DNA of 28,746 bases from a virus. Taxonomy: Duplodnaviria > Caudoviricetes. Positions 25,600-28,746 of the stretch are shown here, piece by piece. The notes beneath the pieces were generated by a model. It was given only the letters and a program-made list of their open reading frames with translations, made no database searches and had not been told where the DNA came from. The stretch spans positions 1-28,746 of IMG/VR virus record IMGVR_UViG_3300020045_002143; one strand, 5' to 3'. The first letter of the stretch is position 1; each line of letters starts with the position of its first letter. Both the position numbers and the translations under genes were made by a program.

Positions 25600-25824
25600 T
25601 CATGGCGCTTTTGGGGGAGGCGCTGGATTCTTGGGGCGCAGGTCGGCATGTGGCCTATTCCCACCAACGCGAGTGGGCTCCCAGGGCGGTGGATGCGGTG
25701 GAGGCAGTGGGCGGTTGTACACCGGCCCAGAGGTCTCAAACAAAAACTTACCCACTGCCACACCGGCCAAAAACAGAAATACAGCGACCACCCAAAACGG
25801 CACGCACATTGTTGAATCAAGCAT
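25600..25824 (-). CDS. Small single-TM protein with proline-rich C-terminus
   Basis: FWVVAVFLFLAGVAVG followed by PLPPPHPPPW...PAPPPKAP. Confidence 0.5.
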   Translation of the reverse strand: MLDSTMCVPFWVVAVFLFLAGVAVGKFLFETSGPVYNRPLPPPHPPPWEPTRVGGNRPHADLRPKNPAPPPKAP

Positions 25825-25848
25825 GTTTTTCTTTCTTTTCCGCAGGGG

Positions 25849-26160
25849 TTAGCGGCCGACGATCTGGTACAGGCGGCTGCGGCTGAGGTTCCATTTTTTG
25901 CATTGCTCCAGGGCGTTGGCGCCATTGAATTCGCGCCGGATCTGCTGGTCGCGCTCGGCGTTTTGCGGCTCGGTGGGGATGTAGATGCGCTGCCCCCCTG
26001 CCCGCTTGCGCCACCCGCGCACCAGGGCGGCACTAATGGCGGCGCTGTATTCCTCGTGCAGACCAATCTCGGTCTTGAGGATGTCTTGCATTTCGCGCTG
26101 CAAAAACAGGGCGCTGGATTCTTCCCGGGCGGGGCTGACTTTGGGCTGAGGGGCGGGCAT
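25849..26160 (-). CDS. Mor/C family transcription activator
   Basis: GGQRIYIP...ERDQQIRREFNGAN..EQCKKWNLSRSRLYQIV; start at MPAPQ. Confidence 0.85.
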   Translation of the reverse strand: MPAPQPKVSPAREESSALFLQREMQDILKTEIGLHEEYSAAISAALVRGWRKRAGGQRIYIPTEPQNAERDQQIRREFNGANALEQCKKWNLSRSRLYQIVGR

Positions 26161-26182
26161 GGGCAGGGATTCCTGGGGCGGG

Positions 26183-28171
26183 TTAAAGGCGGCTGCTCCA
26201 GCCGGCCGGTGCAAAAGGGCTGGGGGCAAAGGGAGCTGGGGTGGCCGATGGCGCCGGGCGACGTGCAGGCGACGGCGTGGCTGGCTGGGTGGGGCTGGCG
26301 GCGCCAGGTGCAGACGTGTGTACGGGAGCCGATTGAGCATAGACACCATCGTGCTGCTGCATAAGCATTTGCTCTCGGCGATCCCAGTCCGCTTTGGTGT
26401 GCCGATGAAGCCGCAGCTCAGGATGGTGGGCGGCGGCGTAGGCATACACCCAGGTATCCAGCGGCTCATTGCGCGAGCCCCGTTTGTTGACAAAGCGGTT
26501 TTTGGCGGGGTCGTAGGTTTCTGACACCAGGCCTGGAAAGTACTCAAGCGGTAGCTGGTCTGAAAAATGCGTGGTGCGCACGTCTGCACTCTTATCTGCA
26601 TCCGTGCTCAGGCGGCTATAGAGCCAGTGCTTCACGCCCACCGTTCCAACGTGGTAAATCGTGACGCCTTTTTTGTCGGTTTTTCCGCGATGTGTCACAT
26701 CCTGCAGCTTGCCTTTGGACAGCACCGGGGCGTTATTGGGGATGGCACCAAACACCACCATAGGCCGGCGCACGCGGCGGGCGCGCACAAAGGATTTCAC
26801 GTCTTCTGTGCGGTGACCACCGGCATCATTGGCCATGGCTTCAACCCGCAGCACCGCGCCGCTGGCATGCAGAATGGGCGTATTGAGCAGTTCGGTCAGC
26901 GACCCCCACACGGCATCATCAGCCGGGTCGCCAGGCAGTTCCACATAGTCCAGCACCCAGAACGCCATGCCACGGCCCCAGCCCACCAGCTGCACGGCCA
27001 GACGGTTGTCTTGCGTGTCGATGCCTGCGGTGATGCAAAGCACGCCGTGCGGCGCAGTGCGCAGCTGGTAGGCCTCGGCCCGGTCGGCAATGGCGTTGTG
27101 CTTGACGGCACGCATGGCCGCGTCTTCCCAGGGTTCTGCCAGGCGATCATTGACAAAGGTTTTGAGTCGCCCGGGCTCGGCTTGCACGTCGCGCCAGGTG
27201 TCAACCAGATCCACCCAGCGCGGCCCCAGGCCAAACTGGTAATACAGGCAGTTGATGTGGTAGCCACGAATGCGAGCGCCGGGGTTGTCTGGCACCCACT
27301 GGCCGCTGGCAATCATGGCCGTCTTATGGTGCTCATCGATGTCGGCGCCACATTCCTGGCACACGTACCAGACCCGCTTGCCATCAAGCGTCCAGCGCAG
27401 GCCTGCCCACTGCAGGTGCTGCATGTGGCCGCAGTGCGGGCATGGCACGTGGTAGCGGCGCTGGTCGGACTTATTCCACAACTGTTCAATGCGGCTCAAA
27501 CCCTTGATCTGGGGTGTGCTGATGTAGAGGCTTTTGCTGGTGCTGGGAAAGGCGCTGGTGCGACCCTTCAGCATTTCAAGCGGGTCATCACCGCCGTGCA
27601 AGTTGTTGGCGAATTCGTCGACCTCATCCACGATCAATGTGCGCACCGTGGTGGACTTCAGTCGGCTTGGGCTGCCGGCGTGCTCCATGTACAGCTGGCC
27701 GCCGGCAAAATCTTTGAAGGTTTTGGTATTGGAGCTGTCGCGGCTGGCCACGCTGGTGAGCGCCCGCTTGACGGCGGCGGTGTCGTCGATCATGGGGTTG
27801 AGCTTTTGCGAGACCCACTTGTTCATGCTGACTTCACCAGGCAGGCAGACCATGACCGGGCCGGGGTCGTGGTCCATGCAATAGCCCAGGGCGTTGGCAG
27901 CCACTTCGCTTTTTCCAAACTGGATGGGGAACATGAGCACCACCTCACGCACGGGGCTGCGCAGGCTCAGGCAGTCCATGGGTTCCTTGAGCGGCGGGTT
28001 GTTGGCGGTGACCCAGTCGCCCGTGATGCTGCTGCCCTTACTGCTGAGTTTGCGGTTGCTGTCAGCCCACTGGCTGACGGTGAGCGGCTTGCGCGGTGCC
28101 AGAGCACGCGCCAGGGCGCGAAATCCGAAAACGTACGGATTGGCGTAGGGCGGCGCGGCGACGGTGTCCAT
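26183..28171 (-). CDS. Terminase large subunit (lambda GpA family)
   Basis: IQFGKSE Walker A, LIVDEVD Walker B, ISTP, VPCPHCG..CQECG, GIDTQD, RNEPLD. Confidence 0.95.
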   Translation of the reverse strand: MDTVAAPPYANPYVFGFRALARALAPRKPLTVSQWADSNRKLSSKGSSITGDWVTANNPPLKEPMDCLSLRSPVREVVLMFPIQFGKSEVAANALGYCMDHDPGPVMVCLPGEVSMNKWVSQKLNPMIDDTAAVKRALTSVASRDSSNTKTFKDFAGGQLYMEHAGSPSRLKSTTVRTLIVDEVDEFANNLHGGDDPLEMLKGRTSAFPSTSKSLYISTPQIKGLSRIEQLWNKSDQRRYHVPCPHCGHMQHLQWAGLRWTLDGKRVWYVCQECGADIDEHHKTAMIASGQWVPDNPGARIRGYHINCLYYQFGLGPRWVDLVDTWRDVQAEPGRLKTFVNDRLAEPWEDAAMRAVKHNAIADRAEAYQLRTAPHGVLCITAGIDTQDNRLAVQLVGWGRGMAFWVLDYVELPGDPADDAVWGSLTELLNTPILHASGAVLRVEAMANDAGGHRTEDVKSFVRARRVRRPMVVFGAIPNNAPVLSKGKLQDVTHRGKTDKKGVTIYHVGTVGVKHWLYSRLSTDADKSADVRTTHFSDQLPLEYFPGLVSETYDPAKNRFVNKRGSRNEPLDTWVYAYAAAHHPELRLHRHTKADWDRREQMLMQQHDGVYAQSAPVHTSAPGAASPTQPATPSPARRPAPSATPAPFAPSPFAPAGWSSRL

Positions 28172-28746
28172 CAGTCGGCTTTGGAGGCGTCAGCCCACTT
28201 GGTGAAGACGGCCACCAGCTCGTGCAAGATGCGTTCAGTCTGATCAGCCAGGGTGATGCGGATGGCGGATTCATCTCGGCCCGCCAGCTGCGGCGGCAGC
28301 GTGGCCTGCCAGGCTTCAAGCTTGCTGCGCAGGGTGGTGCCGGCATCGGCAAACGCGGCCATGACCTGCTTGCGCTCGGCCAGGTCACCTGCGGCCTTGC
28401 GGTATTCGTCATGCTCGCGCTCGGCGGCGTAGTGCTCGCGCTTGGCTTTGCTGTCCTGGAAGTTGTAGAGACCAGCGGCAGCGGGTGGCAGGTCGGCAGC
28501 GTCTGCCGGATCTGCGCTGTCGTCGTCTTCCACCGCGGCTGTATGGCCGGTGGCCACCACCGCGCCGCGGGCCTGGGCGTGGCGCTCGGCCACACCTTGT
28601 TTCGCCGGGTCGCGGGTGGCGGCAATGCGGGCGATGGATTCGGCCACCAGCACCTGCTTGCCGTCCGGGGTCATCACCAGGCGACCATCTTTCTTGAGCT
28701 CATAGCCGTAGTTGCGCTTGCAGCCGATGTGTTCGGAGAAGGCGGG
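28171..28746 (-). CDS. Terminase small subunit (5' truncated by the window edge)
   Basis: Frame open to the window end (PAFSEHIGCKRNYGYELKKDGRLVMT..., HTH-like); FQDSKAKREHYAA..E coiled coil; TGATG overlap with the large subunit. Confidence 0.8.
   Translation of the reverse strand, partial: PAFSEHIGCKRNYGYELKKDGRLVMTPDGKQVLVAESIARIAATRDPAKQGVAERHAQARGAVVATGHTAAVEDDDSADPADAADLPPAAAGLYNFQDSKAKREHYAAEREHDEYRKAAGDLAERKQVMAAFADAGTTLRSKLEAWQATLPPQLAGRDESAIRITLADQTERILHELVAVFTKWADASKAD

Noticed and set aside
26567-28243. Long + strand ORFs antisense to structural genes (also 6700-7620, 15165-16148, 19385-20425, 24182-25264)
   Set aside because: Shadow frames expected from high-GC codon bias opposite clearly identified genes.
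1-28746. CRISPR array or IS element
   Set aside because: No regularly spaced repeat-spacer units, transposase ORFs or terminal inverted repeats were seen.

Overview
GC-rich temperate siphovirus-like phage DNA; a Betaproteobacteria/Burkholderiales-type host is inferred from composition only. The + strand early/accessory arm (1-4984) carries the end of an FtsK-gamma-domain ORF, DUF5131, a degenerate HNH, an HD hydrolase, a DUF4224 excisionase-like gene and an integrase. It converges on an intact attP (3' part of tRNA-Asn, 5164-5208), so the window appears to be the excised or free form. The - strand arm holds a KorC-like autoregulated three-gene operon, a lysis cassette (GH108 endolysin, holin), a non-contractile tail module with a -1 frameshifted chaperone, head genes (ClpP-capsid fusion, lambda-type portal, gpW), a Mor-type activator with two identical late-promoter boxes, and the terminase. 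The most unusual element lies between portal and capsid: a second, arm-less lambda-Int-like tyrosine recombinase preceded by two apparent gene cassettes delimited by three related direct-repeat sites. The first site lies in frame at the end of a DUF2190 capsid-decoration domain. Joining the outer halves reconstitutes a palindromic 'empty' site, which suggests an integron-like cassette system that swaps the C-terminal payload of a capsid decoration protein.
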